From: Chiloscyllium plagiosum
Taxonomy: Eukaryota
Direction: 5' to 3'
Assembly (NCBI RefSeq): GCF_004010195.1
Contig: NC_057719.1
Location: 70,916,744-70,978,951, forward strand
Length of the DNA stretch: 62,208 bases
The notes under the pieces are model-generated. The model did no database searches and had not been told where the DNA came from. It worked only from the letters and a program-made list of their open reading frames with translations. Below, one piece after another: positions 50,142-62,208 of this stretch. The position numbers were made by a program, and so were the translations under genes. Position 1 is the stretch's first letter. Each line of letters begins with the position of its first letter.

Positions 50142-50226
50142 GATGCCAGAAATGCTCACCCCAGCTCCAAGATGACTGTTGCAAGTGAATGTTCTTCAGA
50201 CACGTACTGTTTTCAGCCATTGCCAC

Positions 50227-50446
50227 TGAAATAACTGCACAGAGGCCAATATCCCATCTCCAAGTCACCCATTATTTACTATGTGCAGTACACTGGCTGT
50301 AGCCAACCAGCTCAGAGTCAGTCCTCAACTGAGGCAATTCTAACCTCCTGTTTATATTGCTCAGTCAAAGCTTTCTTGATTGGGGTTGTTAACCTAGCCC
50401 AATCAAGTACCTTGTAGTCAATGAAATCCTGGTTCCAATCACTACA
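50227..50446 (-). repeat. 5' LTR (220 bp)
   Basis: TGTAG...TTTCA on the minus strand; AATATAAAC TATA-like box; homologous to 46434-46537 plus 48298-48386 and to 13206-13431. Confidence 0.88.
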
Positions 50447-51324
50447 CTTTGTCTTTGTGAACCTTGCTGGGATCCCTTCAATTCAAAGATATTCCTTTTA
50501 CAGATTCATTCCGTCATCTCACTCACCCTTCTGAATGACTGGGGTACTTGGTAGGTGGGATGCTAATGCTGTGGCTCAGTTGAAGAATCCTGGTAAATGC
50601 CATTGAAATTGTTAGTGTCTGCTTGATCTATTCCAGCTCCTGCTATTTCAGGAGCCAGTAACATCAGAAGGATCTCGGTCCTAGATTCGCTGAAATGGAA
50701 AATAATAGGAAGTAGTGTTGGGATCACTCCCAATGCAGATCCTCCAATGGGAAATTTTCCATGTCAAACTGTACCAGAGAACTGATTACAGTGAGCATAA
50801 GACAAAACCAGATGAGATTGACCAATGTTTATCTGATTGTACCTTTGTATCTGATTTCAATATGCTATTACCATGCTGCTTTATCTTTATGCAGATAAAA
50901 ATACAACAATTCATTGACTTACACACTTCCTCTTTGAAATAGCTTTACACTTTGTGACAGCAGGAGTCTTATAATTTGAAGAAGAATGTTAAGGACTGAT
51001 GGAATATTAAAACATAGAGCATTCTTGCCAGTATTCAGGAAGCTTGTGCCCATTCTACAACCACAATATATTTGAGTGAAACTTGAAGTATGGCTATCAG
51101 GAAACATTTTCAATTTAGTTTTGTTAAAAATAGTGACGTAAGTATCACTGTGTGGAAATGAATTCCTAGGATTTGGAGATGGGGGGGCTGGATGCAAGAT
51201 GTCAAGGGAAGCCAGTTCAGGTTGATTTGCTGAATCAATCCCATCGTGCATGAATCATGACGTTTTTGCTGACAATACACATAAATGAGGCTCCAAATAA
51301 TAGAGGTAATGTTAGACCATGTGA

Positions 51325-51510
51325 CGTGGGAACAGACACTTGGTCCATCGAGTCTGCTTTGCAATTCAGTGACATCATGGCTGATCTGATAATTCTTCTC
51401 TCCACTTTCCTGACTTATCCCCATTACCCTTGATCTCCTTACTAATCAAAATGCTGTCTCTCTCAGCTTTTAATATGCTTAAGTACCCAACCTCAGCAAC
51501 CCTCTGCGCT
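51325..51510 (-). mobile_element. CR1 3' end
   Basis: CCATCGAGTCTGCT...ATCATGGCTGATCTGA...CCCCATTACCCTTGAT; minus-strand peptide RVAEVGYLSILKAERD. Confidence 0.8.
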
Positions 51511-54016
51511 GAAGGTAAGGTGGCATTCTGGCATTTTGCCAAATGTGGTGTGGCTGTCTGTCGCATGTTGATGCCACCAGCTGTAATGGAAGGCCTGACA
51601 CAAGATTAAAGGTTCCATTCCCAGAAGAATGTGCTGCTGCAACAATGCAAGATTGCAGAACTGAATTGCTTGGACCATGGATGGATTTTCTCATGCACTT
51701 CAGGACCTCATAATGTGAGTTTCAGCCTGGACCTTTTGGAAAAGAGACCAGTGGATTAGTCTTCCCAAGGGTAGCCTCCTAATTGGCAACCTGAGTGCTC
51801 ATCAACGTTAGGAGGACCCTGATGCTACTGGTCCCATCAGAGAGCTTGGCAGTGCCAGCAGGAGATGTGCACAATGCTGAAGCAGGCCCAAGTCAATGGC
51901 GGGGGAGAGGGATGGGGAAGAGGGGTGGAGGCCTTCCCTCAACATAGAGGTCTCATTTTAAATAGATCTTTCAGAGCAGAGAGGAAACCCTCCTGGTGGA
52001 GGTTAGTGCAGCCTTTTCAATCAGCAACTCCAACTTTAGGGCATGAATACCTCTGTCTATCACCGGCTATCCCTTATTTCTCAGATCCCCCCTGACCCCA
52101 GGTCTCCAGCTCAGGCCTAGGAAATCAGACCACCATGATGTAGAGACTGTTTTCATTTGAGATGTGTTTGAAGAAAGATTGAAAGCAATTATGAAAACCA
52201 CATCAATTTTTAAAGTAAATTTCTTAATTTAGCCATGAGATCATTTATGTCATGTTTAATGCGAGATAAAAACAGATGTACAAGTGCAAAGGATTTTTTA
52301 AAAAAAACTTTCAACCTTTTACAGGTTCCAAAAAAGATCTGTTCTTGGAAAACTGGGTCTTTAATTATCCATTAAATCTCCATTCCTTCACAAGAGAAAT
52401 ACCAGTTAGGAAGAAGAGGTAATTATAAAAGTTGACTTTTAAAAAGGATACACATAATGAAAACTGTTAACATGTTCCTCCTCTTTCTCTTCATTCCTGG
52501 TCCTGAGCTGATCACTTCTGCATTGGGTGGCATCAACTGTTGTCCCTCATGTTGCTTCTTTCCTGCAGCTTGAGGCAGGGCCCCCTGCTCTACTAAATGC
52601 TGTAGGCTTTGTCCTGAGTAGCTTGAATATCAGAGTTTGAAGTTTCATCCTGTCTGTAATCTGCTTCATCATATTTGATATCGTAGCCTGGCTTTTACTC
52701 TTTACACACTGCTCATATGTGCATGGGTGGTGTACTAGCAACATTAGCCATGTTATCGAGTAGAAGTCACTGTTCTCTTTGTTGTGTTGGTTCCAATGCA
52801 GCTCCTCAGCAGACTATTGCAGAATGAAGACAGAACTGAGCATGGTGAAACCCATCATTCTATGACATGTTCTTGATTTGTATGTCATTCATTGCTGAGG
52901 TTCAGTTTGGATAATTGCTTCCTGAATGCCCTGGAGACCTATGGTGTCCAGTTGAGACCCCTTCTCTCTGTTTCTCCTCTTCCTTTCATCAGCTTGACCT
53001 CTGTTCATTCTTGAAACTATGCTGTATCCAAGGGGAACATTTACCTTTGCACCATGCTTGGGAGCAACTAGCTTGTGCAGAAGTCTTGAAGACAGCAAAA
53101 GCATCTGCAACACTACTTCCCAATTTGAAACAGCCATACAAAATAATCCAGAACATGTGGACTTATACAATCAACCAGAAGGAGTCAATCTGCAACTGAT
53201 TTGAAGGTTGCTGACGATTTAGTTTGATAGGACTGCTCGGGTATCCCTTCTAGTGTTAAATATGTGTTCCCCTTTATGAGGGTAAGAAATATCATTTACT
53301 CGAGTTTTGAACTTCAAAATGACACTATTGAAATAACAGCATTGTATATTTTACTGGAATCTTCATCCACACAGCTTTTGGGCATTCACTGCAAAGTCGT
53401 TAGTGCCCTATCAATGAGGCTTAGGAATGACTCCAATATAATCCAGTGGATGCTGTTTTAATAAATGACATTTTAGTTCCAATATGGCATCCATCCATAG
53501 CTCTTAAACAGCTATCAAATTCAGTTTGACAACAATAATGGTAATGAGCAGATTTTTTTCTTGATCTTTGCATATATCCATTCAGCCTTGCAACTGTGAC
53601 AATTATAATTTCTTGTATGTAGCTTACTTACACTTAGCAATGATTCTTTTGACTCTTGAGTATTCACACTTCCTGATGTGGGTCACGTTCACTGTTATTA
53701 GGTAGCAACCTAATGATTAGGTTCTATAACTGGTCTCTGCCATCTTTGCTTTGGAAGTAGAAATATCTCTTGAAGCACCTATTGTGAAAAACTGAGATAC
53801 TTGAAACTGAAGGATATTATAAAAATGTGCCCGTCATTGTAACAAGCTTGAGGAATTGATAATATTCTTGCAATTATTGCATGGTTCAGTGTGGATCTGA
53901 GCCGTGCAGACAATATTAAATTTCAGTCTGTGTTAATTTTACAGGGACTATTACCATTAGTAGCCCTAGGTCAGGGAAGTCAAAATTAGCCAAAGTTCAG
54001 CTCGGGATTGTTTCCC

Positions 54017-54031
54017 AGTGCCCTCTGCTGG
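54017..54031 (-). promoter_or_regulatory. CTCF core motif match
   Basis: Minus strand CCAGCAGAGGGCACT fits CCASYAGRKGGCRSY; motif only, binding not shown. Confidence 0.4.
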
Positions 54032-54735
54032 TAGCACACATGCAGACAGTGGATGAAGTTATCACTTGTCTTTGCTTCTGTGTAAATTTGTCAGCCTTCA
54101 CAATCAAGGCTTAGAGTGGAACATTGGCCATTTGGCCAAGTTATCAGAGGGTAATAATTAAACCAGCTACATGTCTTCAGATGTTGAGAAGAGGAGAAAA
54201 ACATTGGCAAGAAAGGAACTTGCAGCTTGTTATCTGTACAAACTTGAAAGATTCTACAGCCAAAGGCAGTAATGGATATGAACTTGATACTGTGATTCAC
54301 TTTGCAAAAGGACATACCACCTTAATCTTAATTCTGTTTAATCTAATTTTCACTTAAACTGCCAAATGCAAGCTGTTAATCATACAGGTTTTTAAAGGAT
54401 CATAATATTTTAACAAATTGAACATTAATCAAATTATGTATGATTAGAAAAATAAAGCTGCTATGAAATTTAGCTTTTATGAATGAAATTCCCACAATGT
54501 CGATTATTGCAGCATTGCTGAAAATAAAGAGTGGAGCTTGACTAGATATGGGTTTCTATACTACACTAGATCAATCCCACAACCAGTAAATGGATATTAT
54601 TAAACAACATGGGGTAGTGCAAACTGGGAAGAAAAGCTCTTGGTGTGCTGCTTTAGAACAGAGCTGCTTGCATGCTGTGACAGGGCAATTGTCGACATGC
54701 TTTCTCGTACCTATCTGTAGCTTTTTTCAACATTG

Positions 54736-54749
54736 GTAACCATGGTGAC
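54736..54749. promoter_or_regulatory. RFX X-box-like palindrome
   Basis: GTAACCATGGTGAC in apparently non-repetitive sequence; motif only. Confidence 0.35.
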
Positions 54750-56849
54750 TGGAGCTTAACAGACTAAGCAGTTAACAAGCCTTCTTGATAGGAGTTCTTT
54801 GGTTCTTATATTGCTTTTGCTTCATGAGGAATAAAACAGAATCCAGATCCTCAAACACCATATGCAAGATGATCATTACTTGCTGGCTATTTGGAAACCT
54901 ATTTGTTGCAAGTCACCACAATTTGCTTGCATCTTCTAAGTTTCTAAGTATTATTACTGTAATAACTTAATTTATCTAAATATAATTTAATTTAAGCACA
55001 GTGCTATTTGCAGTGGCTGCAACAACCATCCCCAATTTTAATATTTTGCTTTAAAATAATAATGTATTACACTATAGAATTTGCATAGTAAGTTTTGTAT
55101 TTTTATGTTTCTGTTTTGAAATATAAATCATATGCTGACAATTGTTATTTTGATATTTGTTTTAGTTGTGCAGTATCTCCAAATCAGTAGTAGCAGAAAA
55201 TCTAATGCTAAATGTTTTGGTTTCATCACCAATATAAATCTATGGCTGTTTTTGATTATATCATGATTATAAAAGTTTTTCAGAAATATTAAAAAGTTGC
55301 TAATACTGCTAGTGGATCATTGTCACTCCTGTCAATTTGAAATGTTTGTAACTTGCTACATTCAAGGCTTCCTACAGTCTGGTTCTAATTTTAAGGTAGT
55401 ACTTCAAAAGGACAGATGTTATTGATCTGTTGCCATGTCTATCAGTCTCTACCAGAGTTGAAACCAATGTAAAAGTTAGGAACTGGGTGAAAAGAAAATA
55501 TGCACATTATATTCATTCTTAGGATTTTCTATCCATCTTTACATAACATAAAAAAGTGTGATAGATCTTCTGTTTCCTATATTTAAATTTGTGGCTGTAA
55601 AGAGAGACAGACTGTTTTTTTTTATTTTGCACTCATCAGGACAAATGCAAGAATGCTAAAGTTCAAATAAATGCAACAATTCATACTTGGATTGAATGCT
55701 GATTTGTTGACAACTTGCCTCTGGCCGAGTAAGTGCATTTCTGTGCAGAGTACAAGTCCCTGCCTATGATGGCATGTTGCTTCTAGAAAGAGCAAATTAG
55801 TCACTTTACAAGCTTGATAAATTGTATTAAGACAGTATTTTCAGATGCCCACAACTGCAGGCACATGCATGTGCGCTCATTCAGGGAAGCACATGCATGT
55901 GGTTCCAAATGCACTTTATAATCACATAGATTTTACATTTGACATCACGTGCAAATGTAGTACTGTGCATATACAGGGAAACAGGTGGGATTCAGAGGCG
56001 ACATCAGGATGGAGGGGAATCCCCTGGAGTGAGGATGGAAGATAGGAGTGAGTGGTGACAAAGAAGCCCTCTTTCCTTTGTGCCCTTTTCCCTCCCTCTC
56101 TCCCTTTTTTTGTGCTCCCTCCAGCTCTCTTACCCACCACTCCCATCTCTCAGGTTCTGTCTCAGGCCACTTCCCCGGTGAAACTACTTGTACACGCATA
56201 TGTGTTTTTTTTTGCAGTGCAGAGTATGCATTTGGTGTCAGCAATTGCAGCCTAATATTAAACAGCCTGTTTATTTTACCATTCATGCTGCTAGGATTAT
56301 TCAGCAAGTGCTGCCATTATGGAATCATCATTACAAATAACCAGGGAACGTGCTGTTTGACTCAATTAGGCAATTGCTGGGCCAGTCCCTGTCAATTTAC
56401 CAACCAATCAGCATCCTTTTCCCCCTCTAGTATAAAATGTTGCTCTTCTTGGAAATTTGACATTGTTACATTTGTTCTGCAAGATGAAAATGACAACATG
56501 TGTTTTTTCAGCAAGATTCAGTCTGTGCAACTGATATTTTTGCTCGATCACTTTAAAGATTGGTTGAGAATCACCAACTTTGGTCTGAGAGTAGACTTGG
56601 ATGTTGGTCAGACTGGTAACGAAAAAATGATGATTATTTCTGTAAACGACATGAGTAAAATAGTCAGATTTTACAACAATCCAGCTTCGTCATGGTCACT
56701 TTCATCAATACCAGCTAGTTATTTCGAGATTTTTAAAAGCAGAATTCAACATTCTCAGCCATCATGAGTTTTCGATTCCTGATCTTTAATCATTGAGTCC
56801 TGGAATAGTAAGATAATCTACTAACACAAACATTTAAAATTTTGAAATA

Positions 56850-57060
56850 CAGGTTGTCCTTCTTTTACGCACATTTGGTCAACACTAATTTGCTGTAATG
56901 CAATTGATGAATTGGGGGTGCTGTTTTTAAAGTGCGAACTTTTAAAGCATGTGTTGGCTATAACGTGATTACATCACCAACACTTTAAGCGCTGTTTCTA
57001 AAGCGTGACTTTTCGAGAACACAGGGTTGCACAAGAATGGAACTATTGCATTATAGACTG
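56850..57060. mobile_element. Tc1/pogo (Tigger-like) MITE remnant
   Basis: TA-CAG...CTG-TA termini with degenerate TIR. Confidence 0.45.
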
Positions 57061-57902
57061 TATATTTGAAAATTGAATTCAAATGTTAAAATTAAATCAT
57101 GGCTTCTATTCAATCATCTCCCTTTGAAAATATTAAATATTATTTCTCAACCAAAAAGGATGCTAGAAAGACTCCACAGTTCTAAGAATATCTGTGGAGA
57201 AACAAAATGTGTATGAACAGAATTTCTCAGTTGGCATTACTGTAAAAGTTTGCTCACAAATTTTATTAGTGCCTATTTTCATCCCTTCATAATGTTTATT
57301 GGTTTACAAAACATATTGGTGCTTACATAATATTTTTCATAATGTAGTTTTGTGAAGTTTGTTTCTGAATGTGCTGTTGTGTAGCTACTCAGATTATTGA
57401 AAAGCCAAATTTTCATACATTTCAGTATTTTGTCCTCTTAAAATTTTGAAAATTCATATTATCCAAATACCATACCCTTGTCTAATGTTCTGCCTTCAGT
57501 GATATTTCCAAGCATCATTGTAGCTGAAGTGCCCCACCACTAGAAAAAGGAGAAACATTCTGGTTCGTCGGAAGCTACAACCACTTTCCACTAGTAGCCA
57601 GTGATTACAGGGATGTGATTGGATTGAAGCAGAGAAAATATAAGTCTCACTCTGTTTGAGTAATGGAAATGTCTTAGGCCAAGATTTGAGGGGGCTGGAG
57701 CGGTGTTTATTCCTGTGAAGGCCATGTGCAAGACAGCAATGCTGAAGCTACTTGAGTTTTAAAAGTGTGGGTTTTGTGATGTGTGGCATATTCACTAATG
57801 CTTTTTGAAAGCAATGTTACAGATTTTAAGCTACTATAATGCCAAGGTTTGGTAGAGCAGCTTAAACCTTGTCCCCAGTCAATAGGTATGGTATGACTCA
57901 CT

Positions 57903-58119
57903 TGGAGAAAGTGAGGACTGCAGATGCTGGGAATCAGAGTCAAAAAGTGTGGTGCTGGACAAACATAGCTGGTCAAGCAGAATCTGAGGATCAGGACAGT
58001 CGACATTTCAAACATAAGGTCTTCATCACTTTCATTCCTGATGAAAAGCTCATGCATCCTGCTCCTCGGATGTTGTCTGACTGTCTGTGCTTTTCCAGCA
58101 CCACACTTTTTGACTATCA
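57903..58119. mobile_element. short Penelope-like element (family B), fold-back
   Basis: 11-bp TSD TATGACTCACT (57892-57902, 58120-58130); AGTCAAAAAGTGTGGTGCTGGA vs TCCAGCACCACACTTTTTGACT inverted repeat; CTGATGAA remnants at the centre. Confidence 0.78.
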
Positions 58120-58580
58120 TATGACTCACTGTCTTGGTTCTTTATTTATGTTGAATTAGAAATTTGTCAGTGGTGCACATTCAATACTGTGGATGTGTCA
58201 GCTTGTACAACATGTGAGAGCAAAATTGATTCTTATAAGTGACCTTTCCATTTGAACACTGCTCAGATGATTTTCAAATGAGAAAACTATCCAGAAAATA
58301 TCTCATCACATTTCAGAACAAAGAAGAATGGTTGCTCATACAGTAATCCTGTGAATGGTTTGTTATTTCCTCCAAAAAGGCGATTCTGTTATATATTTTC
58401 CCCCTTCATTCTTTGTATTTTCACAGAATCAAGAGATGGTGATCATCCTTGTCTTAGTATTCTGGCCAAGGAAAATTTATTTTCAGAGGTTTTGTCTTTA
58501 TGTTTGATAATGATCTTCAGGAAAGGATAATCAGATCTGTCACAAGAGTCTCAACTTTTGCCAAGCTTCATATAGTTGGT

Positions 58581-58948
58581 GAAAGGAAAGCATTGCATGC
58601 ACATTTTCATGATAGTCGGTCGTTAAAGCTTAATTAAGTACTTTTGAAGGGTAATCACTATTGTTGGTTGTGTTTTCCACATAAGAATGTGTGGACAGCA
58701 AAGCCCCACAAACAGCAATGTGACAATGGTCTGTTTTTGAAATGTTGGTGCCATACTTCCTCTGCACTTCTTCAAAATTACATTATGAAATCTTAACTAG
58801 TGGCTACCTGAAAGAAAGAAAGTTCTGACAGTGCAGTAGATTGTCAGCTAGGATTTTTTTTTAAAGGCTTGGCGTAGGTCATGAGCCCTAAACCTTGCAT
58901 CTTTAGAGGCAGGCATTCAGTCTCATTAATAGAGCTATGGCTGACACA
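58581..58948 (-). mobile_element. DeuSINE (SacSINE1-like)
   Basis: AAGTACTTTTGAAG..TAATCAC, CCCACAAACAGCAATGTGA and TCTGACAGTGCAG; reverse complement of the 18030-18790 family. Confidence 0.7.
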
Positions 58949-59159
58949 GCAGAAATGGATTTAGTTTACTCCATTATAATGGATTGAAAACCATGGATAC
59001 CTCTGCACTACTTTGTAAGTCAGAAACTGTTACCTCCAGCTTGAATCAAGGATATTCCCTATCCATGTAGGTTTACAGTGATAAGTGTACTTCGAGCAAA
59101 ATAAGTGCTACTTATTTTGCTCTAAGTAGCTTTGGCTCATCAGAATGTCTGAAAAAGAA

Positions 59160-59920
59160 AACATGAGATATAAGAGTTTGACTGGAATATACCACCATCC
59201 AGATTGTGTCACTATTCAATACCATCATGGATCTTGAGCTTTAACTCCACTTACCCATCTGTTAACCATTCTGTCCAGCCCATCTTTAAATATAAGCAAT
59301 GAGGGAGCATCCCCAACTCTCTAGGGTAGGGAGTTCCAAAGACTCACAACTGTTTAAGTAAAGAAATTTCAGTTCCAAACATCAGTTTCTTTTCCTGAGA
59401 CTGTTCCAGTTTTCAGACATAATTTCTCAATGTCAATCTTATTTGTGCTGCTCAGAGTTATACACATGGGTGGCACGGTGGCTCAGTGGTTAGCACAGCT
59501 CCCTCACAGTGGCAGAGGCATGGGTTCAATTCCACCCTCAAACAACTGTCAGTGTGGAGTTTGCCCATTTTCCCATGTCTGAATGGGTTTCCTCCGGGTG
59601 TTCCGGTTTCCTCCCACAGTCCAAAGATGTGCAGATTAGATGGATTGACCCTGTTAAGTTGCCCATGGTGTCCAGGGATGCACAGACCAGGTGGGTTAGC
59701 CATGGGAAATGCAGGGATAGGGTAAGGGTGTGGCTCTGGGTGGGATACTCTCCGGAGTTGATGGGCCAAAAGGCCTGCTTCCACAGTATAGGGATTCTAT
59801 GAGGCAATTGAATCATCATCAGTCTTCAAACTCCAGACACTATAGATTTATCCACCTTCTAATTATAGGACAATTCTAGCAGCAAGTTTAGTGAAACTTC
59901 ACAATGATGCTTCTAATGCA
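59160..59920 (-). mobile_element. old CR1 3' fragment interrupted by HE1
   Basis: ATTCAATACCATCATGG, GGGTAGGGAGTTCCAAAGACTCACAAC and TCTTCAAACTCCAG resemble the other CR1 3' ends. Confidence 0.65.
59468..59802 (+). mobile_element. HE1 SINE, full length
   Basis: GGGTGGCACGGTGGCTCAGTGGTTAGCAC A-box, GGTTCAATTCC B-box, V-domain, GGGATTCTATGA tail. Confidence 0.93.
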
Positions 59921-60133
59921 GGTAAAGGGTAAAGTTGTTACCAGACCATAGGGCTGCAGTCTCATTAGAGAGAGGTGACTGCTTGATGGTTTAACCTGAG
60001 GCACCATATCTCTAGTGAGGGGGGAGGTTTGAGAAAGAAGGTCCTTCATCATAACCTCAGCTGGTGTGGGAAGTGAACCCATGCTGTTGGTGTCACTACA
60101 TCACAAACCAGCCATCCAAACAACTGAACTAAA
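59920..60133 (-). mobile_element. another tRNA-derived SINE family
   Basis: Minus strand TAGTTCAGTTG A-box-like, GGTTCACTTCC B-box-like, (CTTTACC)2 tail. Confidence 0.65.
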
Positions 60134-60414
60134 TTTATAATGTCGGTGTGCTGTTTGGGAGACCAAAACTATATTTGATGTTTGAGGTTTGGTTTCCCCG
60201 AAACTTTGTCTGATTGCAATTATAGGCAACACGATAACTGCCTTCCCCACAACTTTCTAAATTCCAAGAAAACAATTTGTTTGTGTAATACTCCGTGGAA
60301 TTAAATATTTGAAAAGTAATCAGTTTGTCTATTTTTTGGTTCAACGTAAATCTTTACAGTTTCCTACGTCGGTCAAAACTTTGGCAAATAATTTAATTCA
60401 TTTAATGTATGAAT

Positions 60415-61662
60415 CTAGAAACTATGAGCAAGAGTATGCCATTTAGATCTTAAAACCTGCTTCACCATTCAATATGATCATGGTTGATCCATTATCTCAA
60501 TGCCTTTTTCTCCCCATGCCCCTTGATGCCTTTAAAATCTAAAAATGAATCTATATTTTTTTTTAACATAGTCAGTGACTTGGCTTCCACAGCCTTCTGT
60601 GTTAGAGAATTCCATACGTTCACTATCCTTTTGAATGAAGATTTGTTTCCTCATCTCAGTCCTAAAGAACCTTGGATTATGAAACTGTCCCCTGGTTCTG
60701 GATTCCCCAACTGGGGAAACATCCACCCTAATCTTGATTGTCCAGCCCTGTTTGAATTTTACCACTTCAATCATATCTCCTCTTATCCTTCAAAGTTCAA
60801 GTGAACATGGGCCCCAGTCCAACAAATCTCTCCTCATAGGAGAGTCATCCTTGGTTTCAGTCTAGTGAACCTGTGTTGCAGTCGTGAATTGAAAGTATTT
60901 TCTTTCTTAGGTAGGGAGATCAAAACAGTGTGCAATACTCCTGGTGTGGTCTCACCAAGGCTCTATATAACTGAATTAAGACATCCATATTTCTAAATTC
61001 AAATCCCTCACATTGAAGGCCCATACACCATTTGCCTTCCCTGTTGTTTACTGCACCTCCTTATCTACTTTAATTGACTAGTGTACAACATTCAGATCCC
61101 TTTGTACATTCACACTTCCCAATATATCATTATTTATTTAAATAATATTCTTCCTTTCTGTTTTTTACATTGCAATGTATAACTTCACATTAAGCCACTT
61201 TGTACTGCATTTGCCATGTGTTTTCCCACACATTCAACTTCTCTAAATCATTTTGAAGTATCTTTGTATCTTCCTGTCAACTCAATCCAACCAGATGTGT
61301 TGTTAGAAAACTTGGAAATATTTTATTTGGTTCCCTCATTCAGGTCATTTCTGTATATTGCAAATATCTGGGCCCAAGCAATGATTCTTGTGTCCCACTA
61401 GACACTGGCTGCCACCTTGAAAAAAACCCATTTATTCCAACCCTAGTTTCCCATCTGTCAACGAATTCTCAGTCCATGACAATATGTTACCTCCAAGTCC
61501 ATCTGCTGTAATTTTCCACACTAACTTCTTATATGGGATCTTGTCAAAAGTCTTCCAAAAATCTAAATATGTCATATCTATTGTTTGTTCCTTATCTATT
61601 TTATTAACTTCATCCTCAAAAATCTCCTGCAAGTTTAGTAAGCATAATGTACTTTTCATAAG
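60415..61662 (-). mobile_element. old CR1 (RT to 3' end)
   Basis: IDMTYLDFWKTFDKIPYKKLVWKI, VSPVGESRTRGQ, 3' UTR at 60420-60530. Confidence 0.88.
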
Positions 61663-62208
61663 GTGGATAAATCACCTGGACCAGATGGACTATACCACAG
61701 AGTTCTAAAGGAAACAGCTGAGGAGATAGTGGGGTCGTTAGTGGTAATCTAACAGGAATTGCTAGAGTCAGGCAGGATCACAGAGGACAAGAAAATTGCT
61801 AACGTGACAACCCTGCTTAAAAAGGGTATAAGGTAAAACATAGAAAATTACCTTAGTCGCGGGTAAAAGTTTGGAGTCCATTTTGAAGGATGAGATCTCT
61901 GAATGGTATGGTGTATGGTAAGTGTATATGGAAAGTGTATGGTAAAATAGGACAAAGTCATTATGGTTTCAACAAGGGGAGGTCATGCCTGACAACTCTG
62001 CTAGAACTCTTTGAGGAAGTAATGAGCAGGTTAAACCAAGCAGAGCTAATGGATGTTATCTGTGGGCAATTCAAGAAGGCCTTTGACAAGGTGCCGCTCA
62101 GGAGGCTGCTGAGTTAGATAAGGGCCCATGGTGTTAGATGCAAGGTATGAGCATGGATAGAAGCCTGGCTGTCTGGCAGAAAGCAGAGAGTGGGAATAAA
62201 AGTGTCTT
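61663..62208 (+). mobile_element. CR1 RT fragment running off the window end
   Basis: VDKSPGPDGLYHRVLKE, YGFNKGRSCLTTLLELFEEV, FKKAFDKVPLRRLL. Confidence 0.9.

Larger units (their letters stand above)
46434..50446 (-). mobile_element. internally deleted Gypsy (Mag-like) LTR retrotransposon with both LTRs
   Basis: 5' LTR 50227-50446; PBS-like TGGCAATGG just inside; gag; integrase; PPT (minus GGGTGGGATGGGG, 48387-48399); 3' LTR split into 46434-46537 and 48298-48386; TSD-like TTTTG/CTTTG. Confidence 0.88.

Noticed and set aside
56048..56767. 239-aa ORF
   Set aside because: Non-ATG start, low-complexity composition, no domain; the 3' part overlaps a decayed family X-like head on the minus strand.
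58427..58488. Exon after the strong acceptor CTTTGTATTTTCACAG
   Set aside because: No convincing donor (GTTTTG) and the peptide is unrecognised.

Overview
Non-coding, repeat-dense vertebrate DNA, almost certainly from an elasmobranch (shark): there are five HE1-type SINEs with CR1/HER1-like tails plus DeuSINE (SacSINE1-like) remnants. No host protein-coding gene, tRNA/rRNA gene or CRISPR array can be supported. All recognisable ORF-track peptides are decayed transposon proteins (CR1, a second CR1-group LINE here called family X, RTE, Tx1, Gypsy gag/RT/integrase, Harbinger Myb/SANT). There is one assembly gap (6815-7467). Most noteworthy: (1) two Tx1-like LINE copies stacked at the same ~16-bp site next to the TATA-like box of a Gypsy LTR, with identical 5' junctions and an apparent 3'-transduced piece of a related LTR, suggesting a LINE that targets LTRs; (2) a LINE family whose 5' end is a tRNA-like Pol III head shared with a SINE that also has its 3' tail; (3) short Penelope-like elements with clean TSDs and minimal hammerhead ribozyme motifs; (4) a near full-length CR1 with an internal inversion and a young 54-bp minisatellite at its 5' end. 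Family names are from recognition by eye, not database searches. Boundaries of old repeats are approximate.
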